Source of the DNA: a virus
Direction: 5' to 3' (one strand)
Virus record (IMG/VR): IMGVR_UViG_3300027969_000055
Span: 52,371 to 116,370 of that record
DNA: 64,000 bases
Shown: positions 9,251-18,487 of the stretch, piece by piece
Layout: each line of letters opens with the position of its first letter
Position numbering within the stretch: position 1 is the first letter of the stretch
The notes under the pieces: generated by a model
What the model was told of the DNA's origin: nothing
The model's database searches: none
Seen by the model: only the letters and a program-made list of their open reading frames with translations
Translations under genes and position numbers: made by a program

Positions 9251-10131
9251 TTAGATTTAAAGGTTTTATCATATATCCATTTAAAAATATCTTCTCCATC
9301 TTGGAATAAGATAATATCATTGGAACCTGATATAATAGAATTAAAAAGTGTTTTAAAGTCAGAAGTTTGACTGCCGTCTATTTCAATTAAATCTGATATT
9401 ATTGGAGGTAGTGTTATTGAGGTGAATGGTTCAGCTATCATTCTTGAAGCAATATCATAATGCCTATCGTAGACATGATATGAGTTTGCAACATGAGTAT
9501 AGGTTCCTAATTCAAGATCTGGATAAAAGCGCTTTAGATGAGATAGTATTTGCATTTGTAATGAACAGAAAAATGCAACATCAGTTGCTGTACCCCATAT
9601 TGCATCATTACTTCTCATGAATACGCTCATGTACAACTTATTTTGTCTAATATGTAAATTTGCATACATTGTACAAACAAAATCTTTATTTGAAGAATAT
9701 TGGTGTTTAGGTTTATTAAAATGTAATACGGCTTGCCTGGTGTTTTGATCAGTTGCTAAGCTTTGAATTGCCCATTGATACTGGTTTATTTCATGCTCAT
9801 TCTTTTCGGTAAAGATTAGATTACCATACGCTGAATTAACCGTTCCATCAATGTTTTGAATTTCTTCCCAGAACTTTGCCCATTTTGAAATAAAAGCTGC
9901 ATCATTACGACCTGAATAATACCATAAGAACTCGGCAGCAATGTACTTCTGCTGAGAACTTCTAACTGAATTTTCATAAAGGCACTGGGTTGGATCTTCA
10001 ATAACTAACGCAACATCTAATAATTCTTTACTAGTGGTACCTCGTGCATTATTAATCAGCCCATCAGTTAATAAAAACTTAATAGAGTCACGATATGCAT
10101 CAGCAAATGTTAAACCTTTAAATACTATCAT
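9247..10131 (-). CDS. Thymidylate-synthase-family enzyme, dCMP hydroxymethylase (gp42)-like
   Basis: EFLWY, AYG, DFVCT (catalytic Cys), MRSND, GTATD and SYHVY motifs. Confidence 0.8.
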   Translation of the reverse strand: MIVFKGLTFADAYRDSIKFLLTDGLINNARGTTSKELLDVALVIEDPTQCLYENSVRSSQQKYIAAEFLWYYSGRNDAAFISKWAKFWEEIQNIDGTVNSAYGNLIFTEKNEHEINQYQWAIQSLATDQNTRQAVLHFNKPKHQYSSNKDFVCTMYANLHIRQNKLYMSVFMRSNDAIWGTATDVAFFCSLQMQILSHLKRFYPDLELGTYTHVANSYHVYDRHYDIASRMIAEPFTSITLPPIISDLIEIDGSQTSDFKTLFNSIISGSNDIILFQDGEDIFKWIYDKTFKSK

Positions 10132-10174
10132 ATTTTTTGTTAATTTTAATCAAACTTACAGTTAGATCTTATCT

Positions 10175-10202
10175 AATATACTAAGAAAATAGAAAAGGGT
10201 TA
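10175..10202 (-). promoter_or_regulatory. non-late promoter motif TAAC-N17-GTATATT
   Basis: Variant of the recurring motif upstream of the TS-family gene. Confidence 0.45.
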
Positions 10203-11861
10203 AACTATTGTTAGGTCTGAGAAGTGATCGGTATTTTCAACTTGGATTTTTGTATCAAAATATTCTTCCGGAAGTGGGTCATGTGAAATTACAAAGACTG
10301 TCATGTTATATTTCTTTGAAAATGTTTTAAGTAAATCAACTACTCTAAATATTGAATCAACGTCTAACGACGAAAATACTTCATCTAAGAAAAGAAGATT
10401 TACTTTATTGTGCTTTAGTTTAATTAGTTCAAGAATACATAAAAGTACGATTAAATTCATTTTCTTTTGTTCTCCAGAAGACAATGAGTCTGGTGAAACT
10501 TGCATTCCTAAATGAGTAATGATTGGATTAAATTCCAAATCAAACTCAAATGCAAATTTGAATTCAAGAACCTTGGCAGTCTTTAAGATCTTCTTGTTCA
10601 ATAATGGAATAATTTGACTCATTAACATCCGCTTCATACCATTATCGGATAGAATCATTTCCATTTCTTGAGAAACTTTTAATTTTTCGGCTTGGCTGGC
10701 TAAACTAGTACCAGCGGTTCTTATTTCAGTTTCGATATTTTTTATTACTTCAACTAGGTGTTTATCGGACGTTTGTTTACCTTGCTGAGATAACTGTTGG
10801 ATTTCTCTCTTTGCTGCGGACAACTGTGCATCAATTTTATAAAATTTATCCTTTGCTTGACTTTGATTATTATCAATAGTAGATAAGGTAGATTCAAAAC
10901 CTTTAATTTTTTCAGAAATATCTGGGATTGAAGTTTCCTGAGTCTCCTTTAATTTTAACAATTTATCTTTGATTTGACTGTGAATTTCATCAGTTAAGTC
11001 GGAAAGGCAGTGAGGACACTTATTTTTATTGTAAAGATCAAGTTTCTTTTGTATTTCTGAAATATTTGCTCTAACTGTAGTTAATTCATCACGAGATGTT
11101 CTAACCATTGTTTGTATTTCTGAAAGCTTTGTTGTAAAACTACCTGCTTCAACCCGAGCTGTCTCTTTTAACTCAACCAATTTAGCAAGTTCGGCAGTTA
11201 GTTCTTCAATTCTAGCTGTGTTAGTTGCCTGGATTTCGTTTTTTAAATTTTCAAGTTGGTTAACTGATGATTCTAATAATCTTTGGTTACTTGCAATTGA
11301 AGACTCAAGAGGAGTAATTTCTCCCTTAACTCTTTTAGTATCTTCTTTTGCAATTTTAGACATATCATTAACAATATCTAATCCAAAAATTTTATCAATG
11401 ATTTGGCGCTTATCTGCTGGGCTCAACTTAACAAAACTTTTAAAGTCGTTTACTGATAAGCTAATAGTATTTGAAAATACGTTAAACGGTAACTTAGTTA
11501 GTTCCTCTTCAATGAAGTCATCAACTCTTCTTTTATCTGGTAAATTATATTCAGCTCCGTCAATTGATAATTTTGAAAAATTTGGCTCAAGTCCACGTTC
11601 TATATCAATAAGCCTACCATTACCAGTTGTAAATTTAATTTGAGTATAGGCATTTTTATTAATACGATTTGGAATTTCTTTGGTTTTACGAATTGCCGAC
11701 TTTCCATAAATTGCAACAGTTAATGCATCGGAGATTGACGATTTACCGCTACCGTTTTTACCCTGAACTAAAATTAGTCTAGGGTCATCAGTAAATTTGA
11801 AAGTCTGTAATTTATTGCCGTATGAGCAAATATTTCTAAAGGAAAATTCGTGTATCTTCAT
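10200..11861 (-). CDS. gp46: Rad50/SbcC-like ATPase (T4 gp46)
   Basis: Walker A GKNGSGKS, zinc hook CPHC, signature LSSGE, Walker B LFLDE, ISH. Confidence 0.92.
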   Translation of the reverse strand: MKIHEFSFRNICSYGNKLQTFKFTDDPRLILVQGKNGSGKSSISDALTVAIYGKSAIRKTKEIPNRINKNAYTQIKFTTGNGRLIDIERGLEPNFSKLSIDGAEYNLPDKRRVDDFIEEELTKLPFNVFSNTISLSVNDFKSFVKLSPADKRQIIDKIFGLDIVNDMSKIAKEDTKRVKGEITPLESSIASNQRLLESSVNQLENLKNEIQATNTARIEELTAELAKLVELKETARVEAGSFTTKLSEIQTMVRTSRDELTTVRANISEIQKKLDLYNKNKCPHCLSDLTDEIHSQIKDKLLKLKETQETSIPDISEKIKGFESTLSTIDNNQSQAKDKFYKIDAQLSAAKREIQQLSQQGKQTSDKHLVEVIKNIETEIRTAGTSLASQAEKLKVSQEMEMILSDNGMKRMLMSQIIPLLNKKILKTAKVLEFKFAFEFDLEFNPIITHLGMQVSPDSLSSGEQKKMNLIVLLCILELIKLKHNKVNLLFLDEVFSSLDVDSIFRVVDLLKTFSKKYNMTVFVISHDPLPEEYFDTKIQVENTDHFSDLTIV

Positions 11862-12355
11862 TAATTTAAAAAATAGGTAAGTTCTTGATCTGGGTCGATG
11901 TCTTGTACTGTATAGAATTTATATAGTTTTTTATTAGAGTCATAATCCCAATTAATATTAGGTGAAGCTGATCTTCTATAAATTGAACCAAACCCTAACA
12001 GGATTGCATGTGAATCAATATGAAGCATTTTATTTGGATTAATTACATCATATACAATTGCTTTAAATTGGTCAGTTGAAATAAGGCCGCGATCCAGTCT
12101 CTCTTGTAAATTAAGTTCTGCTAATTTTTCTCCAATCTCACGTTCCTTATTCATACCGTCAGGATTAACAAATAACCGATTATCTAATATCGGATCATTG
12201 TTTTTAAGTAGAATTTGAGTTTTTTGGCTAATTGGAATCCATGCACAAAATTCAATTGTGGAATTTCTATAAATTTGAGCATTACTGAATACTCCAAACT
12301 CTTTAGCATTTATAGGTTTTACGTATAAACTTGATAATATACTTGGGTTACTCAT
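11861..12355 (-). CDS. degenerate SET-domain protein
   Basis: GVFSNAQI, GFGSIYRRSASPN (canonical GxGSLYNHSxxPN) and DIDPDQELTY (canonical DIxxGEELTxxY). Confidence 0.65.
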   Translation of the reverse strand: MSNPSILSSLYVKPINAKEFGVFSNAQIYRNSTIEFCAWIPISQKTQILLKNNDPILDNRLFVNPDGMNKEREIGEKLAELNLQERLDRGLISTDQFKAIVYDVINPNKMLHIDSHAILLGFGSIYRRSASPNINWDYDSNKKLYKFYTVQDIDPDQELTYFLN

Positions 12356-13460
12356 CGGATGTTTGTTGTTTTACTAAGTTATGAATTTCGATAAATTTTT
12401 GAGCTAATTCAGTTTTAAAAGTCTGTGAGTAGTCTTTTGTTTTTAGGTAGCTTTTAAATATATCAATAACATTAAACTGGTCTTCTGGATTAAAATCAAC
12501 GGTAGTAGATTCGTCAGAGGTTTGATCGACATATGTAAAAAATTCAACCTTTCGATGAGTTGATTTTGAAATAAGTTCTAAAAATCTAGTTACTGAGAAT
12601 TTATTAACGAAATTTACGCTAATCATAATATCAACAAATGAATTATTTAATTTTTCAATTACTTCATTTGCTGGCATTTCTAATAATTCAAATATATCAA
12701 ATTTCTTATAGACTGGAGAGTTAGTGTTTTCGATAAATTTCTCAGTTAACGTCTGGGAAGATACGTCAAGTTGATAAAAACCTTTAGTATTGCCACGGTC
12801 TCCTCTATCCATTTGATATGGAGTTCCAGTATAAAGAACATTTTTAAATTCTTGACGATGGTGTATATGGCCAGCATAAACACGTTTATATGAGGATAAC
12901 ATGTCAACTTCAATTCCATGTTCAACCTTCGTCCATTTATTAAATCGTAAACCTTTAATATCTGCATGGCAGACAATATACTCGCATAACTCTTTATGAT
13001 CCGTTATTATTTGATTTAAACGATTTGTATCTTCAACCCAAGGTAACATTAAAAAGTTATGCGATCCATTAATTGTAATAATTTCTGGATTTTCAAATAC
13101 GTGAATGTTGTCAGCAATATGAGAGATTGCTTTTAACGAGTGAACCACGTTTCTATCTTTATAATAAACGTCATGGTTTCCTATAATAATATAGATGCCT
13201 CTTTTAAATTTCTCAGAAAGCTTTTTAAAAATAGTTAAGGCTTCATCATGTACTCTAACATTAATTGATTCACGTGAATGAAATACGTCGCCTTCTAAAA
13301 ATAACACATCGCGGTCTTCATCAAAATCTTCATCTACTTTATTAATTAAAAAGTCCAATAGAAAATCCTTTTGTATTTGAATCCATTCTATTGAATTATT
13401 TTTTATTCCTAAGTGTAAATCACCAACTAGTGTTATTTTTCGAATATTTGTAAGCTTCAT
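12348..13460 (-). CDS. gp47: Mre11/SbcD-like nuclease (T4 gp47)
   Basis: Metallophosphoesterase motifs GDLHLG, GDVFH, GNHD, GHIH. Confidence 0.92.
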   Translation of the reverse strand: MKLTNIRKITLVGDLHLGIKNNSIEWIQIQKDFLLDFLINKVDEDFDEDRDVLFLEGDVFHSRESINVRVHDEALTIFKKLSEKFKRGIYIIIGNHDVYYKDRNVVHSLKAISHIADNIHVFENPEIITINGSHNFLMLPWVEDTNRLNQIITDHKELCEYIVCHADIKGLRFNKWTKVEHGIEVDMLSSYKRVYAGHIHHRQEFKNVLYTGTPYQMDRGDRGNTKGFYQLDVSSQTLTEKFIENTNSPVYKKFDIFELLEMPANEVIEKLNNSFVDIMISVNFVNKFSVTRFLELISKSTHRKVEFFTYVDQTSDESTTVDFNPEDQFNVIDIFKSYLKTKDYSQTFKTELAQKFIEIHNLVKQQTSDE

Positions 13461-13461
13461 G

Positions 13462-14133
13462 TTAAAATATTTTATAGTTCTTGCCCATGCTATCTAAAAA
13501 TCCGTATTTACTATTTAACTCAACTAATAAAAGTTCTTTATTTTCATAAGTTAACATATCAAATATTTTTTTATATTCCATGTTAAGAGTTGAAGAAATT
13601 GATTCAAGTACTTGGATTGGGCTAATGAATACTGTTGTCATTGTTCCAGCACTCAACCCGTTTAAAATTATACTAAATATTTGGTTAATTTGTACTTTTG
13701 TAAATTTCTGCTTTTCAGGCTCATCACCTAGGATCTCCTGTAGTTCAGAGCAACCTTTGATAAAGTTATATATGTCTCTTTGTACAATAGTATAGTCTAC
13801 ATGATCAGAATATCTGTCTGGATCGGACATTGAATGCGCAGCTGAACCACTTTCTAATTTAATAGCTGAACTTGACGTTGGCGAATTATTATCGTCTTCG
13901 TCATTATGTTCATATCCTAAATTATAAGTATTTCCAAAAATCTTATCATTTCTTTTTAGGTCAGAATAGGCAATCTTACGGCGTTCTAATTCGTCTTCAT
14001 CATAGTCTCCTTCAATTAATCCATCTTCTTCAATAATGATGTCTTCATCGTCGAATTCTAAGGTATCGTCTTGTTCAACGGTTAAATCATTATCTAGATC
14101 TGAAAAATCGTCAGGGTGTTTTCTTGGTGCCAT
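13462..14133 (-). CDS. acidic protein with a C-terminal region resembling late-transcription coactivator gp33
   Basis: C-terminal IQVLESISSTLNME..LTYENKELLLVE..FL pattern resembles gp33; similarity judged by eye only. Confidence 0.4.
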   Translation of the reverse strand: MAPRKHPDDFSDLDNDLTVEQDDTLEFDDEDIIIEEDGLIEGDYDEDELERRKIAYSDLKRNDKIFGNTYNLGYEHNDEDDNNSPTSSSAIKLESGSAAHSMSDPDRYSDHVDYTIVQRDIYNFIKGCSELQEILGDEPEKQKFTKVQINQIFSIILNGLSAGTMTTVFISPIQVLESISSTLNMEYKKIFDMLTYENKELLLVELNSKYGFLDSMGKNYKIF

Positions 14134-14149
14134 TTAGTTATGTGTATTT

Positions 14150-15685
14150 TTATATCGAATTTAACAGATCATCATAATCTGCAGAAGTTCGATGGGCTTG
14201 GACTGGTACTGGCATAGCTAGTGCAACATCCATAGGTATTAAATTTTGAGGTAACGTTGTCGTATTCGTATGAGCCGTTTGATATTGAGTTCTCATTTGA
14301 TTTTCAAGAGATTGAGTATCATCATCATCAGAATAAAATTCACTAGCTGGATCGTATTCTTCAGTTAGTTTAGCAAATTCATAACTCATTCTATACATTT
14401 TAAAACTTTCGGTATAGCCGCCATCCCTATTTGCAATTAACTTAATCTTCATACGCTTTTCCATAGGTCCACGGATTAATCCAAATAGCGAATCTACTGT
14501 ATGCACTAGACCAAATGATTCTGCAATATCGGACATGCTTAAATCTTGATCATCAACTGCATCTCGTTTAATTTGAGTAGCTGTAATGATACACCATTCG
14601 TTTCGAATTGCAACTGCTCTAAGTTCTTCAGAAATAACTTTTATCTTTTCATAAGTATTTCCTTGCTCACGAAGAGGTCTCATTAAGTTAATATAATCAA
14701 CTACAATTACGGTAAATTTAATTCCAGAGTTTTGCTGAACTTTTAAAAAGTAGTTTTCCACATCAATCGCCGAAGCAGTGCCAGTTGGAAATTCCTTTAC
14801 TATTAACTGGCCAAGCTGAGGCATGTCTGATTTAAGCTTCTGTATTTTACTAGTAACTTCAGACACTTGACTATTATCTAACATTGAATCATAATCCTTA
14901 AATGGAATACTTAATATGCTTGAACCGAGTCTTTTCATGTATTTACGGTCAGATAATTCAAGAGTTCCTATTCCTACATGACAACCTGCCATAAATGCTC
15001 TGGCTGCAATATTTGAAAGTACCATTGATTTACCAACCTTCGGTCGACCTTGGAAAACAACTAGAGTTTTTGGGTTCCAACCTCCACCTAATGTTTTATC
15101 AAAGAATGGAAAGCCTGTTGGATTTCCAATTTTTGAAAGTTGAACGTGATCTACTGAAGTAAAAAAATTTAGACCGGACTCAGCACTAGTGAATGAAACA
15201 TTTAATTTACTGTTGAACTTCTCCCTAACATCATTTGTAATTAATTCAACATTCTCTGGATTAATATCAGTTGTCTTTAAATACGATAATACATCAATTA
15301 CTGACGCATTTAGGTTTTTATAGAAAATGAATGCTTTTGTGTACTTAAATAAAAATTCATAATTATAACTAGATAAGTCTACTTCAAACAGTGCATTAAA
15401 TTTTTGCTCTGAAATATCTAGATTTGAAAGATTTGCAATTTGTCGCAATTCATTTCGGGTTGGGATTTTAGAATATTCAATAAACCATTTTTTAGCTTCA
15501 CGATATAACCTTTGTAGAGTATCATCGTTAAAGTAATGAGCTTTAATTAATGGAATAACTTCTCGCTTGTCCAATGAGTCAAAGTTTTTAGGCTTAATGA
15601 TTACATCATTATCATCTTCAGTTAGAACAAAGTTAAAAATTATTTTTTCGAGAAGCTCAATGTTCTCTTTGAAATCTATCATCAT
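14150..15685 (-). CDS. gp41: Replicative DnaB-like helicase (T4 gp41)
   Basis: PTGF, Walker A GRPKVGKS, TLEL, KEFPTG, VVDYINL, TATQ and AESFG motifs. Confidence 0.9.
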   Translation of the reverse strand: MMIDFKENIELLEKIIFNFVLTEDDNDVIIKPKNFDSLDKREVIPLIKAHYFNDDTLQRLYREAKKWFIEYSKIPTRNELRQIANLSNLDISEQKFNALFEVDLSSYNYEFLFKYTKAFIFYKNLNASVIDVLSYLKTTDINPENVELITNDVREKFNSKLNVSFTSAESGLNFFTSVDHVQLSKIGNPTGFPFFDKTLGGGWNPKTLVVFQGRPKVGKSMVLSNIAARAFMAGCHVGIGTLELSDRKYMKRLGSSILSIPFKDYDSMLDNSQVSEVTSKIQKLKSDMPQLGQLIVKEFPTGTASAIDVENYFLKVQQNSGIKFTVIVVDYINLMRPLREQGNTYEKIKVISEELRAVAIRNEWCIITATQIKRDAVDDQDLSMSDIAESFGLVHTVDSLFGLIRGPMEKRMKIKLIANRDGGYTESFKMYRMSYEFAKLTEEYDPASEFYSDDDDTQSLENQMRTQYQTAHTNTTTLPQNLIPMDVALAMPVPVQAHRTSADYDDLLNSI

Positions 15686-15690
15686 ATTTT

Positions 15691-16029
15691 TTAGTTCGAA
15701 ATTATATAAAATTTTAAAAATTCAGATTGGCTAATTATTATAAATTCACCTTTCTTAATTAGAATATTATCTTCTATTAAGTCTTTCATTAATAGTTTTA
15801 ATTTTTCTAAAAAATCGCTGGTCAATTTATCACCAAACACATATTTTAAAGTCTTAGTTGAGAATTTAATATCATCTAGGTCAAATTCCTTAGATTTGAC
15901 TTGGGTAACTTTTACAATGTATGAAATAATATCGAATACAAAGTCTTGCCTAGTTGGGTAGCTAGGCAAGGCTGTATGCGAGTCCAGTAAGTATTTAAGC
16001 GGAATATTTGGCTGTAATTTAAAGGTCAT
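15691..16029 (-). CDS. hypothetical protein (possible winged helix)
   Basis: ORF between uvsX and the helicase gene; C-terminal helix plus beta-hairpin pattern. Confidence 0.55.
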   Translation of the reverse strand: MTFKLQPNIPLKYLLDSHTALPSYPTRQDFVFDIISYIVKVTQVKSKEFDLDDIKFSTKTLKYVFGDKLTSDFLEKLKLLMKDLIEDNILIKKGEFIIISQSEFLKFYIISN

Positions 16030-17209
16030 TATCTGAATCAGTTAAATCTTCTAATTCGTCTATTTCCATTTCATCTATTCCATCTTGTGTTTCAGGAAAT
16101 TTAAACGTAGGCTTAATTGTAGTTTCGTCTAATTGAGTTAATACTTCATGAGTAAATAACCTAGCTGAGAAAAATTCTTTAACTGGAACAGCATCACCAT
16201 TATGTTTAATGATATAAGTTTTTCCAAGTTTCTTTGGTAGAAAATAGAATGTTTCACCAGCTACTTCAAATTTTGAACATAAGTCAGATTCATCTGGCTT
16301 TAGTTTAGAGAATTCCTTTTCAGTTAACTTATTACCTCTACCAACTCCACATGATTCCCAATTAACATATTGCTCAAGGCCAACGAATTGATTCATACCT
16401 TTATGGAATGAAATATGGAATTCAATATCAATAGGCCTAGCTAAACGATTCTTTTTAGTTTTAGAACGAACAATAATTCCAGTAGTAGTTTTGGCCTCAT
16501 CGCGAAGAGTTCCTTTACTCAACATTAAAATAATTGATGCAGAGAATTCCGGACCTCCACCACCTGACATACCCTTTGGCGTATATTGATCCATTGAGGC
16601 ATATGTATGATTTGTAAAAATAAATGGAACTTTATAATTTGAAAGATCTAGAGTTAATGATTTGAATAGAGACCTCATTTCCTTTGCACGAAGTCCCATA
16701 TCTGCAGCATTCTTACCTGCATCCATATCGCGTTGACTTTTATCCGTATCCAGCATTCCTACTGAATCTACAAATAGTGCAATCTTAAGTCCTGGGTTCT
16801 CCTTAATTGTTTCAATTAAGTCATGGACATAAAATTTAACTTCGCTAATAAGACCCATACGTAAATATTTTAATTTACTTAAGTCCACTCCGAATTTAAC
16901 ATAGTCACTTGAATCAATTGCACCTTCAGTGTCAATGTAAATTACCATGTAATCCATTTTTTGTAATTCACGAACTGCATTTAAACATAGGAATGTTTTA
17001 CCTGCACCGGAGTCGCCAGCAATTCCAATACTACGAGTATTGGGATAGCCTCCAAATAAGGAACCTGACATTTGAGCGTTTAATAAGTAATTTCCAGTTG
17101 GAATGTACTCTTCAATATCAGAGAATCCTCTGATTTCGATTTTTGATTTGACTTTTTTCTCGAGCAAGTCGTTAAACTTGGCGAATGCGTCCATTGTTGA
17201 TTTTGCCAT
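16019..17209 (-). CDS. uvsX: RecA-like recombinase UvsX
   Basis: GDSGAGKT, YIDTE, VDSVG, NHTY and MSGGGG motifs. Confidence 0.9.
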   Translation of the reverse strand: MAKSTMDAFAKFNDLLEKKVKSKIEIRGFSDIEEYIPTGNYLLNAQMSGSLFGGYPNTRSIGIAGDSGAGKTFLCLNAVRELQKMDYMVIYIDTEGAIDSSDYVKFGVDLSKLKYLRMGLISEVKFYVHDLIETIKENPGLKIALFVDSVGMLDTDKSQRDMDAGKNAADMGLRAKEMRSLFKSLTLDLSNYKVPFIFTNHTYASMDQYTPKGMSGGGGPEFSASIILMLSKGTLRDEAKTTTGIIVRSKTKKNRLARPIDIEFHISFHKGMNQFVGLEQYVNWESCGVGRGNKLTEKEFSKLKPDESDLCSKFEVAGETFYFLPKKLGKTYIIKHNGDAVPVKEFFSARLFTHEVLTQLDETTIKPTFKFPETQDGIDEMEIDELEDLTDSDNDL

Positions 17210-17231
17210 GTGTATAAAATTAATATTTAGT

Positions 17232-17261
17232 ATCTTTTACAAAGGATACTGAAATGGGTTT
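17232..17261 (-). promoter_or_regulatory. non-late promoter motif AAAC-N17-GTAAAAGAT
   Basis: Upstream of uvsX. Confidence 0.5.
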
Positions 17262-17829
17262 AGTTAAAATATGAAGCAAGTAAAAAAGATCCTGATAGAA
17301 CCGTTGCATCTGGAAATTCGCCATTAACTACTTGGTGAAATCCTATATTGATGATTTTAGAATCATCCTTTGTAAAATTATCTTTTGACAGATTTCTAGT
17401 AAATTCAAAACCTTCTTTTGCTGGCTTGCCTAGATCAATTCCGTAACAGTGCATTGTTAGAGTTATTGGCGAATTCATTGCAATATCTCCCAAATAAAAT
17501 ATCTGATTTTCGGTTAAACCAAGCTGTTCAATATTTAATCCAGCTTCTTCGACTAGCGCTCTACATACTGAATCGTATGGGGTGCGATCTAGGTCTGAAT
17601 TAACTTCGTCTATAATTAGAGTATGTGCAGTTTGGCCGTTTGATTTATTTTGAAACTCAAGAGCATAAATAGACTTAATTTCATCTTCTGATGTTTTAGT
17701 AAAAGGTATCAAACAAATATATTCTGAATCAACTGATAAGTATTGAGCTGAGTGTTGATCGCGATTAACTGTTAATAAGTTAAATTTTCCTATTTTACTA
17801 GGAGTCTCATTAGATACTTGATTATGCAT
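17260..17829 (-). CDS. Nudix-fold protein with a degenerate Nudix box
   Basis: TPYDSVCRALVEEAGL resembles the second half of the Nudix box; the first Gly is absent. Confidence 0.55.
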   Translation of the reverse strand: MHNQVSNETPSKIGKFNLLTVNRDQHSAQYLSVDSEYICLIPFTKTSEDEIKSIYALEFQNKSNGQTAHTLIIDEVNSDLDRTPYDSVCRALVEEAGLNIEQLGLTENQIFYLGDIAMNSPITLTMHCYGIDLGKPAKEGFEFTRNLSKDNFTKDDSKIINIGFHQVVNGEFPDATVLSGSFLLASYFN

Positions 17830-18487
17830 TGGCTGTAGATTTTTTGGTAGGTGTTGTACTCAACATTTTCTTCATAGTCTTTTTAATTGAGTCAGCAGTT
17901 ACGTTATTATTTATATAGTCAGACAATTTTGTCAAAAACTCTTCTTTATTCTTAGAGTTTGAGTACATCATCTTTAATAAATTTTTACTAGGTAATTTAA
18001 TTTTAACGGAGAGCGCTAAATCTGTGTCTTCTAGTGAAAACATACCAAATAAGTCACCTGGATCAGTAGAAACTTTAAGTTGAGCTGGTTGAGCAGGCGG
18101 CGGAGCTATTGGTTTTGGTGCAATAACTTCAGCTCTAAATTCTTCTGGAATTTCTTCAGATACTTTAAAATCGTCAGTTAATGAAGGAATGTAATTGATT
18201 GACTGAATTTCAGCCATTGACATTGGCGGTTGATCTTCAGTGATCATCATTAAGTCAGAAGAAACTCTGTCAGTATCAAGTTGAGTACCGTCTGATAGTA
18301 CTGCCATGAATCTACCGTTTCTGGAAGGCAGAACATCTCTAACTTGAACTACTTTTCCTAGTTTAGTTTTATCATTGGTTTTTATCCATTGAAAGTCATT
18401 CGATTGGAAGCTGCTCTTTATTGCAACTAGGGTATCAATATCGTAATTCATAATTATGTTTTTTATTTTTTTAAGCCACTTTTTCAC
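17822..18487 (-). CDS. hypothetical protein
   Basis: 221-aa ORF overlapping the polymerase 3' end; no PolB motifs. Confidence 0.65.
   Translation of the reverse strand: MKKWLKKIKNIIMNYDIDTLVAIKSSFQSNDFQWIKTNDKTKLGKVVQVRDVLPSRNGRFMAVLSDGTQLDTDRVSSDLMMITEDQPPMSMAEIQSINYIPSLTDDFKVSEEIPEEFRAEVIAPKPIAPPPAQPAQLKVSTDPGDLFGMFSLEDTDLALSVKIKLPSKNLLKMMYSNSKNKEEFLTKLSDYINNNVTADSIKKTMKKMLSTTPTKKSTANA

Noticed and set aside
17822-18487. ORF after the polymerase as the missing gp43B or a frameshift continuation
   Set aside because: It has no motif B or motif C sequence
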